DNA from: the human T2T-CHM13v2.0 reference genome, Homo sapiens
Reading direction: 5' to 3' (one strand)
DNA length: 64,000 nucleotides
Assembly (NCBI RefSeq): GCF_009914755.1
Contig: NC_060927.1
Made by a program: the position numbers and the translations under genes. Below are positions 15,009 to 29,689 of this stretch, one piece after another. Positions within the stretch are counted from its first letter, which is position 1; every line of letters begins with the position of its first letter. The notes under the pieces are model-generated. The model was given only the letters and a program-made list of their open reading frames with translations. It ran no database searches and had not been told where the DNA came from.

Positions 15009-18000
15009 CCTATCTTTAAAGATTGTCTAAAATAAATTCTTTAAACAGGAGTAAAAAGTTAAGAGAAAGAATCTTGAAACATCAGGTAGCAAAAGGAATA
15101 AAGGAAAGAGCAGACATATGGGCATATATAAGAGATTCTAATTTCCCTCATGTGTTTATATATTGTATTTGATAATTGAAAGAAAAAATTATAACACTAT
15201 CTGATACACAATGATATTTAAAAAGGGAGAAGGTAAAACAACCTAAATGGAAGTGAAGTTGCAACATTTCACTCAATGTGGTAAAAAGTCAATACCAGTA
15301 TACTGTAATTCACATATGTATATTACAGTATATGTATTAATAAAAAAATCACAACTAATATAAAACTGTGAAAAACTATACAGATATACATTCAAAATTA
15401 CTTAAATAAACCAAGACTTTTTAAAATAATATTCAAGTAACCTATAGGAGGGTAAGAAAAAGAAACAAAGGAGTAAGAATCAGAGGAAGTAAATATAAAA
15501 CAAATAATAAAATGGCACACTTGATTGATAACAGATCAATAATTACATTAGGTGTGAGTGATCTAAATATACCATTCAAAGTTTGGTAGAGCTGGTTAAA
15601 AATACAATCCAACTATACGCTAATATACAATATTACAGGTATAAAGTATGTATAATCAAATGTTAATAGGTCATCAAGTATTAAAATTACCAGAGATGAA
15701 GATGAACATTATGTAATATTAAAAGGATCAACGTATCAGGAATAAATAACAATCCTAAGTGTACATGTATCACAAAACAGAGCCTCAAAATACATGAAGT
15801 AAAACTGAGACAGCTAAAAAAAAAAATACGAGTTCACGAGTATATTTGGGGACTTTAATATACCCTCTCCACGTCAGCAATGAATAGAGCTTCTAGAAAC
15901 ATGCAAAAAGGTTATGAAACATCTGAATAATGCAATCCACTAACAGGACATATTTGACATATATGGAACAGTTCACCCAATAACAGCAGACTATTTTTTT
16001 TCACAGGTTTATGGGACCTTAAGATAGAACATATCCTGGGCCATAAAATAGTCCTCAACAGATTTAAAAGAAATGAAATGAAATACCCAGTGTGTTCTGT
16101 GACCATAATAAAATCCGACTAAAACACAAAATAACAGAAGGAAAAAAATACATAAATAAACTAATCGTAGAAAATAAACTACAAAATGATCCATGTGTCA
16201 TGTGTCAGAGAAAGGTTTTCAATAAAATTTTAAATGATTCATATAACTGAATGAAAATAAAAACACAATATGGCAAAATATGAGGAATGCTGAGAGAAAA
16301 ATATATAGCACTAAATGCTTACATTAAAATGTGAAAAGCTCTTGAGTCAATAATTTCAGTTCCTCAGGGAACTAGAAAATTAGTAAAACATTACAGAAAA
16401 ACAATGAATCAATATATCTTTTCAAAGAAATTCATAAAATTAATATATCTCCAATGAGACTGACAGAGAGAGAGAGGAAGAGAGAGAGAGAGGAAGCCAA
16501 ATTATCAATATCAGCAACGAAATACAGGACACCACTACTGATCCTGCAGCCATTAAAAAAGTGTTTAGAGAATTCTATTAACAACTATACACTCATACAT
16601 TTGACAGATTAGAAGAAATGGAACAATTTCTTGAAAATCACCAACTACTAAAAAGTCAACCAAAATGTAATAGACAATTGAACACCCTATAACCACTAAA
16701 AGTAAGAAGTTAGTAGTTAAAAAACACCAGAAGAAAAGGATTTTCAGGATCCAATGTTATCACTGGAGATAACAAACATTAAACCAAGAATTAACACCAA
16801 TTGTAACTGTTTAATCAAGAACATAGATGAGAAGGAAATGCTCCCCAACTCATTATAGCAGGCCAGTATTATCCAGATATCAACACAAAAAGAGTAGCGG
16901 AAAATAAAACTATAGACAAATTTCTATCCTGCACTTAGCCACAAAACCCTCAACAAAATACTGGCAAGCCAAACGTGAAAATATATAGGAGGAGTTATAC
17001 AATGCTACTATGTGGGATTTATCCTTGTCTGCAAAGGTGGTTCAACATTAAAAAATCTATCAATGTAATCCACCATAGCAACAAGCTAAATAATAAAAAG
17101 TACATGATCATATCAATGGAATCACAAAAAGCACTTGACAAAATCCAACATCCTTTTATGCTAGAGACTTGTAGTAAATTAGAATTAGTGGAGTACTATC
17201 TTGGCTTGGAAAAGGGCATCTAAAACAAACATAAAAACAAAACCCCACATTTAACATCAACCTAAGATAGGGAGCAAGGCACCAGTCTTATTCAACATAA
17301 GAGTAAAAGGTCTAGCCTCTGAAGTAATCAAAAATATTAATAACAATTTAGTGCACACAGATTAGGAGAGAAAAAAATAAAATTATCTCTATTTGCAGAC
17401 AATATGATTTTTTACATAGAAGACCTCAAATGTCAACAAAACATTAATAAGTGAGTTCTCTGCAAGGTCATAGGACACAAGACCAAAACAAAACAAATAA
17501 AAAACTATTCACATTTCTACATAATAATGACTCTACAGAAACTGAATTTTAAAAATGTCATGCTATTTATAATCCTTCCAAACACAATTACTTAAATATA
17601 AAATTAACATAGATGAGATTGATATGCCGACAATTACAAAATGATGATGAAAGAAATCAAAGAAGACCATAATAAGTGGAGAGACATACTGTGTTCAGGA
17701 GCTGGAAGACTCGATCAAGTAGTGATGCCAGTTCTCCATTAAATTATCTGTAAGAGTAATACAATTGATATCAAAATTCTAGCCAAAAGTTTTTGAAGCC
17801 ATCAACAAGATAATTATAAAGTTTGTATGGAAGTTACAGTCCGCAGCATGACAAAGGTGAATAACATGAGAGAAATCACAAAACTGGACATAGCTATAGA
17901 AGTCAAAACACTGAAGTATTGTTAGAGGCATATACATGTAGAACAATGCAACAGAATAAATAACCCAGAAAGAAAATTGCATAATCATGTTCTATTTATT

Positions 18001-18503
18001 TATGACAAAGATGGAAACATTATTTAATGGAAGTATAAACTTTTCACCAAATGTTGCTGAAATAGTTGAATATTCATAACCCCAAAAAATGAATGTCAAC
18101 CTGTAATTCATGCTTTATATAAAATTCAATCAAAATGAATGAGAGACTTAAATGTAAAACATAAAATTGTAAAACTTTTAGAAAAAGTCTTTGAGTTCTA
18201 GGACTGTGTAAATTTATCTTAGAATTGATACCACAGCTCAACATAAATGAAAAAGAAAATAAAAGATCAATTGGACTTAACCAAAATCAAACACTTTTGC
18301 TCTGTAAATTCACATGTGAAGAAGAATATATTGACATGTCACATATCCATCAAAGGATACAGATATTGTAGTTAGAATATATAAAGGGCTCTAACATTCC
18401 AACAGTAATAAAACACACCAATTAGAGAATAAGCAAAAGGCATGAACTGGCATTTCATAGAAACAGAGATGCAAATGGAAAAAAACAAACTAAAAGATGT
18501 TCA

Positions 18504-18581
18504 ATTGCACCACTGCACTCAAGCCTGGGTGACAGAGCGAGACTCTGTCTCAAGAAAAACAAACAAAAAACAACAACAATA
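18504..18581 (+). mobile_element. Severely 5'-truncated Alu (last ~48 nt plus tail)
   Basis: ATTGCACCACTGCACTC...GACTCTGTCTC plus A-rich tail; TSD AAAAGAT(G/A)TTCAAT at 18492 and 18582. Confidence 0.9.
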
Positions 18582-18935
18582 AAAAGATATTCAATATGAT
18601 GAACCGTCATGAAATGCAAATTAAACCCCATTGAGATATGATATACATGGATCAGAATGGCTAAATTAACAAAAATAGTAAAAATATCAAATGCTGGTGA
18701 GGATGAGTTGAAACTGGGGATAAATTGAAACTGAATTGAAACTGCTGATGGAAATATAAAATGCTACAGTTACTCTGGAAAACAGTTTTTTTGGTTCCTT
18801 ATAAAAGCAAACATTCAATTACCATATGACCCAGCAATTGCACTCTTGGGCATTTTTCCCAGAAAAAAAATAAAAACTTATGTTCATACGAAAACCTGTA
18901 TATGAATGTTTGTGCTAGTATTACATAAAAGCAAA

Positions 18936-19310
18936 TCTGGAGTGTACAAAGGGAGACTTTATTTGGAAAGACTAGTGCAATAGGAAAATATGCTGAAGCC
19001 GGGAACTTCAAGCATCTCAAAAACAAATAGAAAAATACCCTTTTTAATAGTGTAGGAGGTAAGCAGAGCTCAGCAGAAACTTTTAAGGGGAAGGGGGCAA
19101 GCAACGGGAAACGACTACCAAGATCTGACAATGTGCCTGGCAGTAATCAGCCAATTAGAATAAATTAATGGTGGGACATGTTTCCCTTTTTAGAACTCGC
19201 TCAGTCTTGGAAAGAAGTACAGTTCAGGTGCATATAGGGAGGCCATAATGTTAACTATAGTTTGGTTAGGACAAACAGGAGATAAGAAACGGGCTGTTGT
19301 AAACACTTGG
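18936..19310 (-). mobile_element. ERV1-class (MER4-group) 3' LTR, U5 end clipped
   Basis: GACTTTATTT (antisense AATAAA) near 18957; adjacent polypurine-tract-like TTCTCCCCATTG at ~19315; family not resolved. Confidence 0.5.
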
Positions 19311-21017
19311 TTAGTTCTCCCCATTGTTTTAGACTGACAAGGTCAGTTCTTAAATGTTACTAGAGATGAAATAAGAGTCATTGTGAGGTTGGGATTGAAC
19401 CAAGTGGTTTTCAGGGGGTGAGCTGGCCTTCATGTTCTTGTTGGCTTTCAAAGACTAGCTGTATCATCTGTTGACTTTGCTATCTTCCTGGAGCATTTGA
19501 GGAAGTTAGGCATTTAATGAAAGGTATACCTAGAGATTTAATAAACAGAACTATTATTAAAAGTTGAATAAAGTAATAGAAACAACTGTAGAGTTTTGAA
19601 GGCAGGCTGTTGAAAGGCTTCTAGAATATGGAGCGCAAATTTAAATTGAGTGAGGATGATAGAATGAGGATGACAGTGGCAAGCCAATATATTTTTCAGT
19701 TAGCTGTCTGAATATTTTTGGCGATGGCAGAGTCATCAGAGATATTTTGGGAAATATATGCACAATGATCATTTCTGACTACGGCACACGGGTCTAGGAT
19801 TGAAGCCTCTGGAGTTTGGCAGCAGTATTGGTAGTAAGGCATACAATGTGAAAGCTCTTCCCACAGGATTTAAGATTAGTTTCCTTGTGATATGGCTTGT
19901 AAAGAACAAGGTCTCTACTACTGGAGGAAAAGCAGCCTCAATCTGTTGGTGACAAATATGCAGGTAATTAATCACTTCCTTGAAGCATTTTAGAATATCT
20001 GAATTGGCCAAAATTTTATGGGTCAGCCTTCTGTTATTTTTTATGGAGCAGTTGCTGTGACCCAGCAGGAAAGGACAGAAGAGCAATCAGGACTAAAGAT
20101 AAAAACTTGGGTTATAAAGATTGAGTTTTTGTGTCAGTTTATAAAGTTTTAACTGTAACAATCTATTAGCACTCATTATTATTTCATGTGACTGGGGATT
20201 ATGAGGACAATGCAGTTTTTGGCATGAAGAAAAAACTCAAATTTATTGGATGGTTTTACTGGTGAAAGAGAATTAATCATGTGAGGAATACTTTCTTTGA
20301 TAAAAGTTTAGCAACTTAAAAACAGCATTGGTCCCTCTAAAAGTGATAGTTTCCAGGCAGTGAGAGAACATGCAGATGAAATGAAAAACATATTTATAAC
20401 TATGATATTTAAGGAACTGGATAAAATCTAACTGCAAATTTGAAAAAAAAGGTCTTAAATATCTGTATAATAAAAATTCATAGATAAGTGATAAATACCC
20501 AATTGTAAATTGCTGGCCTAGACTATGTTGTATTTAAATTAAAGAAGTGTAATTATGGTCAATTTAGCATTTAAAGAAGTAATTGATATTCTGACCAATA
20601 ACATTGCATTGTTGTCTTAATGTCAGATACGGCAAAATTAAGGCTCTGATAAATAGAAACATATTATGGACAATGAGGGTGTTGTAAAAACCCTAGGAAT
20701 TGTAAATGTTTTAATATATTAGTATTTTAAATATTATATTAAAAATAAGAATATTTTAACAATAGAAATTTGATATAGAGGTTAATCATCCTTTTTGACA
20801 ACACATCCTATGTAATTTGTATAGTATTAAGTAAATCAAACTATTTTTTAGCACCACTATTTTTAGAAGGTGAAAGAACAAATCATTTGTGATTTTCCTG
20901 GGGTCCTCTAGGAAATACAAAAGTTAGATTTATGTGTAAAAGTTGTCATTCAGTATTTAATTTGGGGAAGGCAAAATGTCCAAAGTTTTCCAGAAGTTTG
21001 AACATTTGGTTAAATAA

Positions 21018-21387
<370 letters not shown>

Positions 21388-21893
21388 TTGGCTACATATT
21401 TAGTCACATTGACAATAAACTGTTTTAAAAGTAAGCATGTGAGGTAATATGATTATTAAAAAAAAGCTCACTCTTGTAAAAGTTAGAAGACTTTAAAAAA
21501 AAAATCAAGGACATGATAAAGTCAACATAAAGAATAAAAAACAATTCTGATCAAACAGAATCTCTGCCTTTTAGGCAGATTAAGTAGAAGGTTAAAAAAA
21601 CAAACATTTCTACAACTTCTTTTTAGTAGTAGACCAATAATCCAATAACATCTTAACAGCAGGAAAACCAAATTCTGGTTTTGTATCAGTGCATTATTTA
21701 ATATTAAAGTTGTTTTAATCTCATAAATAAGCCCATTACCAGCTTTGACCATGACAAATAAAATTCCATTTCTGTGAAACCTTAGTAACTTTTTATGTTA
21801 ATTTAAGTTTTATCTTATATCTTCTTATTTTTAAAAAATTCTGGAACAACAACTCACTGTATTTTATGATGAAATTAGTCTTTTTTCCTTTAA

Positions 21894-21916
21894 ACACACA
21901 CACACACACACACACA

Positions 21917-21944
<28 letters not shown>
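21894..21944. repeat. Compound (AC)n(TC)n microsatellite
   Basis: Directly visible. Confidence 0.97.
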
Positions 21945-21948
<4 letters not shown>

Positions 21949-24108
21949 ACCTTGAGTACCTTAATTTACCTGAAGTCTAGGGTTTTAAGTTAATAAAAGG
22001 TTTGAAAACTGTCCTTAAGGTGACATATTAATGACATATTGTACATAATTATGTTGAAACAAAGTTTGTCAGAATAGTGACTCCATTTTGTTAAATGTAT
22101 ATTTATATTTTGATAATGGCTAACACCTAGTATAATGCTTGTTCTTGTGGGAAAAATTCAGGTTCAAGAGATATTGACAGTGAAACTGAAATATCTCCTT
22201 ACGTATAAAGTATACTTTTCCCTGTATAACTCCTTTTTAGTTATTTCTTTATCCAACATTAGACAAATAGAAAACAGTGATGATTTCCTGTTATCTCTTT
22301 CTTTTGGTCTTTTTATGTTATTTTACATAAATTGAAGGTACTCGTAACCTACAAATCTTGCAGTTAAGAACCAAAACTTCTTTTTATAGTGTAATATGCA
22401 AGCATGAATATTTACTGAAGAATCTACCTACAAATGCACGGACTTTATTTTTTGTGTTTTTATATTTTAAAAGAAGAGTTCTCCATAAATAGCATTATTT
22501 CTTTCAGAAATGAACTAATTGTATAGTGCTGAATGGTGAATTTTGGACTATTTTCAAATGTATCAGGAATAAGACTGCCACCTTGGTTGACACTATATCG
22601 ACTCACTGATTTTCTGTTATGATCAATTCAATGGGTCAGGAATAATAACTATGAGATGAAATTACCATAAATGAAGATGTTACATGTTTAAACTCTGACA
22701 AAAAAGTACGTGTATAAGTTTAGAAAGCATACTCTCAAGTAGAATAAAAATATGTTTATTTTATACTTAATATTGAAAATTCAGAACACATAGCTATTTA
22801 TATTAAACCAATAATATTAGACTTTTGCCAAAGATTATATTAATGTGAACTTGGATTTTTGAAATATTTGGGTAAGTTTTATAATAGTATTTTTTCACAT
22901 TGAAAGTATTAGAAGTTCAGTGTTTTATTTAATTTCTGAGAGTTCGAGTAATATTCAGTTTAGATAAGTATTTATGTACCTTTAACCCATTAGACTAGAG
23001 CAACCTTAGGAATTTTACAAGCTAATTTGGTACTGCCATTCAGAGCTAAGAAAATATCACACTTATATCAGATAAATATATGCATACATACATTAATACA
23101 TACATATACAGGTGAACATAAAGACAGACACAAGGTGATAGCTTTAATTCTAAAATTTAAGCTATGAATGAGTCAGATATAAATACAAAAATACAGGAGA
23201 CATTGGTTATATAACAGAGTTGGCTCACCAATGTTTGTGGAGGAAACTTAAGACCTTCTCTGCCCTTATATGTAATCTTATGGTTTGGATGACACCACAT
23301 GACCATATGGTTATCTCCACTATTCATCAGAGTGGATAAAATATGCAATCTATTTCAAATGATTTTTTTTTCGGCTACAGGTGGCTGCTCTGGGAATCCC
23401 TGGGTTCCCAAAATTCCTTAATGTGGGCAGGATGCACAAAGTTCTAGTGACTTAGGCAGCTAAGGACCTGGACTGAGAGGAGAAAAGTCTGTCAAGGGTG
23501 GCTAGATGTGTGAAGGAGGTAGAGATACTGAAGGAGAACAGATCAAGAGATTCAGGGACCTAAAGGGAAAGTCAAAGGTGGTTACAAAGGAGGAAGGAGG
23601 AACAGGGATGGTGAGAAGGCAGAGGTTTAGATGAACCAGTTAGGGAAGATCTCAAATTTCCTAAACAGATTATTAAAGTTTCAAAATATCCTCTGTAAAT
23701 TTTTGCCATTTTAAAGACATTAGACAGAATTAGTGCCAGAACAGCAGAGCATATAGGCAACAAATATAAAAGATGCTGAACATCAAGTAGATTGAGAGTT
23801 ACCACTTGAAGGAAGAGGACAATTTAGTTGAAAAGAAGCAAAGGAGAAAAAAATTTTTCTAGAAAGTTCCATGCACAATCCTGACTGGGAGTAAAGGAGT
23901 CTCTCACACAATCCTTGTTGTGGTACTGATTGTGGTACTGAAGGACCTGCTCTATACAATCTACAGAAACTGAACCAGGAAAAGTAGAGGCCTCATGAAA
24001 GAGCAAGGAATTTCCTACTTTACAGTCAGGAGTAAATCCCCAAGAAGATCCAAGAAGACTTTGATCCAGGAAGATTCTTGCTCAAATAAAAAAGAACGCA
24101 GTAGAACC

Positions 24109-24472
24109 TGTTGTTGCCAGGTGTTATGGACAGGAGCAAGATGCAGGAGGGAAATGGGTGTGGCTGTTAAAAGAGGGAATTTTGCTTTGCTGGAAATATT
24201 CAGTATCTTTTCCATGATGATGGATACAGAATCTACACAGATGATAAAATTGTATCAAGCTTAACACACACACACACACACAACTACATATAAATAAAAC
24301 GGGGAAATTTGCATAGAATTTGTGGATTATATCAATATCTATATCTGTCTGTCATATAATATAGTTTTGTAAAATGTTTCTATTGAGAAAAATTGGACAA
24401 AATACACGAGGAATCTCTCTGTATTATTTCTTACAAGTGTATGTGAACCTACAATTACTCAATAAAAATTTC
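24109..24472 (+). mobile_element. L1MD-like 3' terminus (likely continuation of the 12160-18935 element)
   Basis: ACACACAC...ATCTCTCTGTATTATTTCTTACAA...ACAATTACTCAATAAAAATTTCA; homologous to 58180-58570. Confidence 0.85.
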
Positions 24473-24478
24473 ACTTCA

Positions 24479-24777
24479 GGCCAGGCACAGTGGCACATGC
24501 CTGTAATCCCAGCACTTTGGGGGGCTGAGCAGTTGAATCATCTGAGGTCAGGAATTTAAGATCAGTCTGGCCAACATGGCAAAACCCCATCTCTACTAAA
24601 AATACAAAAATTAGCCTGTTGTGGTGGTGTGGCGCCTGTAGTCCTAGCTCCTCGGGAGTTCGAGGCTAGAGAATCACTTGAACCTGGGAAGTGGAGTTTG
24701 CAGTGATCTGATATCACGCCACTGCTTTCCATGCACTTCAGCCCAGGAGACAGAGCGAAACTCTGTTAAAAAAAAAA
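24479..24777 (+). mobile_element. AluS (Sz/Sx-like), full length
   Basis: GGCCAGGCACAGTGG... to A-tail; ~9-nt duplication at ~24725. Confidence 0.93.
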
Positions 24778-24859
24778 TTCAAATCAAATAAACAAACAAA
24801 ATAAAACAAGAAAACAAGGTGAGTTCTGAGAAACCAGTCCTATAAAAATGATGAATATG

Positions 24860-25179
24860 AGCCAAGTGGGGTGGCTCACACCTGTAATCCCAGCACTTTG
24901 GGAGGCCCTGTCTTGTGGATTGCTTGAACCCAGGAGTCTCAAAATATCCTGAGGAACATGGTGAGATCCCTCTCTAGAAACATACAAAAATTATCAGGGT
25001 GTGGTGGTACAAACCTATAGCTACTCGGGGAGCTGAGGCCGGAGACTGAGGCAGGAGGCTGAGGCGAGAGGACCACCAGAGTCTGGGAGGCAGAGGTTTC
25101 TGTGAGCCGAGATTGTGTCATAGCACTCCAGCCTGGGGGACAGAGCAAGACTCTGCCTCAAAACAAAACAAAACAAAAA
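24860..25179 (+). mobile_element. AluJ-like with internal 13-mer triplication
   Basis: GGATTGCTTGAACCCAGGAG (J-type left arm); (AAAAC)n tail; TSD-like AATGAT(G/A)AATAT. Confidence 0.9.
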
Positions 25180-27529
25180 GAATGATAAATATCGAACCCT
25201 GGATGCTAGGAACTTAAGAGACATTATGAAAAGAAATAGAGAAGTTAAAGGTTAGATCTTCCAATTATTTTGTTCAATAGTTACTGGCAGTTTGAAGAGA
25301 AAACTCAGTTCAGCATTCCTTAAAAAAAGGTGATATCAATATGTATATACAGTTCATGTAGAAGCAGACAATAAAGAGAAAGAAGGAAGAAAGACAAACG
25401 TGAAGTAAATGATCCAAAGTGGAGATTTTAGTTTTGCAATACAATAGGACCAGAATGTTTATAAGAAATCACAAGATAATATGAAACTACCTTTGAATGG
25501 TATTTTATGAAGAACTAAATGAATACCAGTTGGTTATTGAAAGTCTACAACTCCTTCATACATTCTCCTTAATGTTGGCACTGTTATCACTCATAAATAA
25601 AGGTATTTATTTTTGAGGCAGAGACAAGAAGAAAATTAAGAGCAAAGAGGAAATTCTCTTAAGTCATAAGAAGGATAGTCAAGAATTTCACATGCCATTT
25701 CTCACTTTTAATATTATATTGGAAGCTTAAGCATCTATTAAGAGATGAGGGGAAATATGCATGACACTTCTAAGAGTGTGGTTGGTTGACTATAGGATTT
25801 GCTTTATATAGGGAGAATATCATTAACAGGGAGAAAAATCAAAGATTGAGAGTAAGACACGGGAAAATAAAAATACATTTGGCATAAAAAGGCAGGGAAA
25901 ATAGGAATATCAGCATTGATTAATTCATAAGATTGGGATATTAAGCAGGACATAATTGAGGGTGATAGCAGTACCTAAAGCAAGAGCATTTTGATGCGTA
26001 ACAGAAATGAAGAAGAAATAAAAAAATGTGGATTTAAAGTTATTAATTAAACAGGTCAAAGAGCTGTAAATTTACAGTGGTAAAGAGTCATGAAATCTGA
26101 TGTTTCTTTTCCCAAATACATTGTCAGATAATTTCATGAAACTCTCTTTATATATCTTTCACAATGCATGAGTTTAACACTTATACATAACAAAAAATAA
26201 TAAATCTGTTAGTTTTAGTGGGGAGAGGGAGGAAGGAAAGTGGCACTGGCTAATTCATTTCTGATAGTGTAGGCAGAGCCTCACTCTGAAGGAATTGAAT
26301 AACTTACTCAGGGGCAGGTTCTGGCTGACTGCCGCTGGTTCTTGATTGCCATGCTCTCAGGCACTTGATAGCAAGATACTTTCTTTACAGATTCAGCCAT
26401 GCCCATTATCTCCTTTTAGGAGATTCTCTCAAAAGACCTGACCATAACGTTTTTCAAACTCTCTAGGGTCATTAGCACACTATCTCTCTTTCACCTCTCT
26501 CTTATCATTTCCCAGGCTTCAGAAATTCAATTCACTTTTCTGTAAGTTGTTAAAACTCTGGGAATGCAGTTCTCAGTACTTACTAGCTAGGAATGTTTAT
26601 ACAGTATGACAGAATCTATCCATTACTTTCTAAAGTTCTTTACACAATGAAGGCATTGAACAGAATATTCATGATTCACACATGAGGAATAAAAGACTTA
26701 TTATGTAACCCTCCCGAGGCAGCATTTAGCCTATGACTAATCACAGCTGCATAGTACCTATTAAAACGTACAGCATTCTAAGAATTGCACCTTTTTTCTT
26801 CATTTAAGGCCCAAACTAAAAATTTAGATAACCGTCTGTTTCATATAGAATGTTTTAGTTATATAATAATGAATGAGATAGTCATGATGGCTTGATTGTG
26901 ATTTAATGTTTGGCCAAAAAAAAATTCTTTACAATTTAAGAGATTCATTTACCATAAATATAAAATAAATCAAAACCAACAAATACTGTTTCTCCTCTCA
27001 TCGTCCTGGATGCCTACTCTCTTTCCAACTGTAATCTTCATAAAGCACATTTCAGGTCAGAGACATTTGCATGCTAAATTTCAGAAATTTTATCTTTCCT
27101 TTCATAGAAATGTCTGTTCAAAACTCATTCTAATAGAAAAATAATCTAAATTCATTGTAATATTGTCAGTTCTCAGTAATTGCTATCAGACTTTAATGAT
27201 TATGTAAAATAAATTCATTTATGTAAATATTAAAATACAAAATTTTACACAACTAAAATTTTATAAGACAAAATGTATCCTCAGTACTCTAGTCAAGAGG
27301 TATTTAGAGCATTATATTACCCAATTAAAAACAAAAGGAACAAAAAATCAACAACAAAACTAATAAGTTAAATCTGGCTGTAATTATTTTTCAGTTATAT
27401 CTGTATATCATTCCAACTTGGAACCTCCAGCTCTGCTGTTTAGATGTATATTGGCAAACAAATGACTTTCCCAAACTGTGTAATTTGTGTAGCCCTTAAT
27501 ACATTCTCTATTAACCACACAAATGTTTT

Positions 27530-27900
27530 CAGGATTTAAGGAAACCAACAAGGGATATGAAGTACCCTGAGGTTAGCAATAGTAGGAAGCCATTCCCTCT
27601 TCCAGATATGAAGAAACAAAAGGATATCAGATTTGAAAACATGAAGAAGGTTCGGGTAGAGTGAGGGTACTATGAATGAAATTATGGTCTTTAGAGAGAG
27701 AGACAGCCAACCCACAGCAAATCAGCAAGCAGAGAGCTGAGAAAATAAATATTTTTACTTCACCCACCTTCCTCCTATGCTAATCTTTTACTAAATAAGA
27801 TTGACTAAACCCAAAGGAAGCAGAAGGATAAAAGAGTTCATTGATACAGCCAATACAGCTTAGACTAGCTAGAAAGGCAAAAAGAAATTATTATGGATTA
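27530..27900 (-). mobile_element. LTR33-like (ERVL) fragment
   Basis: ATTGACTAAACCCAAAGGAAGCAGAAGG...TTGATACAGCCAATACAG resembles antisense LTR33. Confidence 0.55.
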
Positions 27901-27914
27901 TCCTGTGTAATACA

Positions 27915-28533
27915 CTGTAAGTGTTTCAAATACTAAGAAAAAGAGGTACTTAACATTCCCCTCAGTCTGACTAAGCTTTAGACACTCTTCCTCCTGACTC
28001 CCTTTTCTTAGAGCATTTGCTTTATAAAACTTGTAATTATAAAGTTTTCTCTGCCTTTTTGAGATGCAAATACTTTTAATTTTCTTGCCAGTTATAGAAC
28101 TCAGGAATGTCTTTCTCAAGGGCCTGCAAGCTATGTCTTTAAAATGTAATCACTGAGAAAGATGTATATGTATATCAAAATGTTATATTACACAACTTAA
28201 ATATACACAATAAAATGAAATACAACACTATTTAAGAAAGAAAGAACAATATTGCTCTTATCTCCCAGTTACTGTGGGATGGTAGCACCTTAACTTCAAC
28301 ATGTGCTTGCTCCAAGTTGTAAAACTACCTCCTTCAGCATAGAAGATAGCTTATTTTTCATTTGGATATAGTCAATTAGCAAACACAGGTGGTCTATGAT
28401 ATCCACTCCACATCTTAAAAACTCTCCAGCCTTTTGTAGCCTGTGAATTCTGGCTTTTCTCCCCTTTTGTGGTAGCCTTGAATAAAATCTTCCTCATCTG
28501 TTTAATTTTCACAGAACAATTTTTGCTTTGATA
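27915..28533 (+). mobile_element. MER67-like (ERV1) solo LTR containing a short L1 3'-end insertion (~28163-28242)
   Basis: CAGGAATGTCTTTCTCAAGG motif, AATAAA at ~28481, terminal TTTTTGCTTTGATA. Confidence 0.65.
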
Positions 28534-28674
28534 ACTCTAATGATTTACTTTAAAATATGCATGTATGTTAATCCAGAACATTGCCAAAAGTTATGCTAGA
28601 GATTTATCCTTTAATTATATTTATATATTTTTTCAAATAGGACAATTACAAGCACACCAGAAACATAATCTGCT

Positions 28675-29035
28675 GATTATCTTAGTTTGAGGACCTTAGG
28701 AACAGGGCCTGAAAGATTCTACTGCTTGGGCTCTATTGAGGGAGTGCTCTCAGGTAAACACTGTAAGGTAATGAAGGAATCAGGACAGCACAGTGATGGG
28801 GGGTGGATAGACAAAGCTGTGGGCTCCCCTGAGCAGCCTTTTGTGCCCCAGAGGCAGCCATTGTTTCAGGCTGCACCTGGGAATTTCCAGGTCAAGTTCT
28901 TCTATGGATGGAGCACAATGTTCAGAAAAAAGTGCAGCTGCAAATTATTAGCACTTAATAATTAGAACAGCTAAGGAAATAGGTGCATCTGCTCAGTAAA
29001 GGGAATCTGGGTTGGCACCAATGAAGTCTACTACA
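28675..29035 (-). mobile_element. LTR16-like (ERVL) solo LTR
   Basis: GGGAGTGCTCTCAGG...; ends GGAATCTGGGTTGGCACCAATGAAGTCTACTACA. Confidence 0.65.
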
Positions 29036-29396
29036 AGTAGCATTTACAGTAAACATATCTCCAGTCTCCAGAACTGGCTTTATTATAGGTTTTGCTATTT
29101 GTCAAAAATTCTTCTTCTTAGGAGACAATGTATTTGAGAACAATAAAAATCTTGAAATATTTGAAGTATTATATCACTAATTATATAATTTCATTCTCTA
29201 TATAAGACTGCTAATATAGTACCACTTAGAATACTCTGTTTCTGCTTAATGTCTTCAGTTAGTAGTTAGCTAAACATTATACCAAGCATTTTAGTTATAT
29301 ACCCTATCACTACTATTATTAAATACTATTATTAAATATTTATTTAAAATGATATGGCTTTACATAGAATATATTTCACTCAAGAGTGTGCCTTTA

Positions 29397-29516
29397 CAGG
29401 AGAATCACTTGAACCCGGGAGGTGGAGTTGGAGGTTGAAGCGAGCAGAGATTTTGTCACCACACTCCAGCCTGGGCGACAGAGCAAGACTCTGTCTCAGA
29501 AAAAAAAAAAAAAAAT
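29397..29516 (+). mobile_element. 5'-truncated Alu (partial right arm)
   Basis: Perfect 14-bp TSD AGAGTGTGCCTTTA at 29383-29396 and 29517-29530. Confidence 0.95.
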
Positions 29517-29689
29517 AGAGTGTGCCTTTATATAATTTTTGTTAATGAGTTACAGTAATTTTAATGAAAGGTACATAGTCTAAGGATTTATTTTCTTTAC
29601 AACACAATTATAAAAGGAAAGAACATAGTTGAAACTCCACAAATTATGCACTTTTCCCCTTTTTTGCTTTTAAAAAATTCATATTTATG

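Noticed and set aside
19769-20086. 105-aa ORF in ERV internal region as env/pol remnant
   Set aside because: No recognisable retroviral motif.
26220-26600. GC-elevated unique-looking block with AG acceptors
   Set aside because: No ORF, no convincing donor and no family I can assign.
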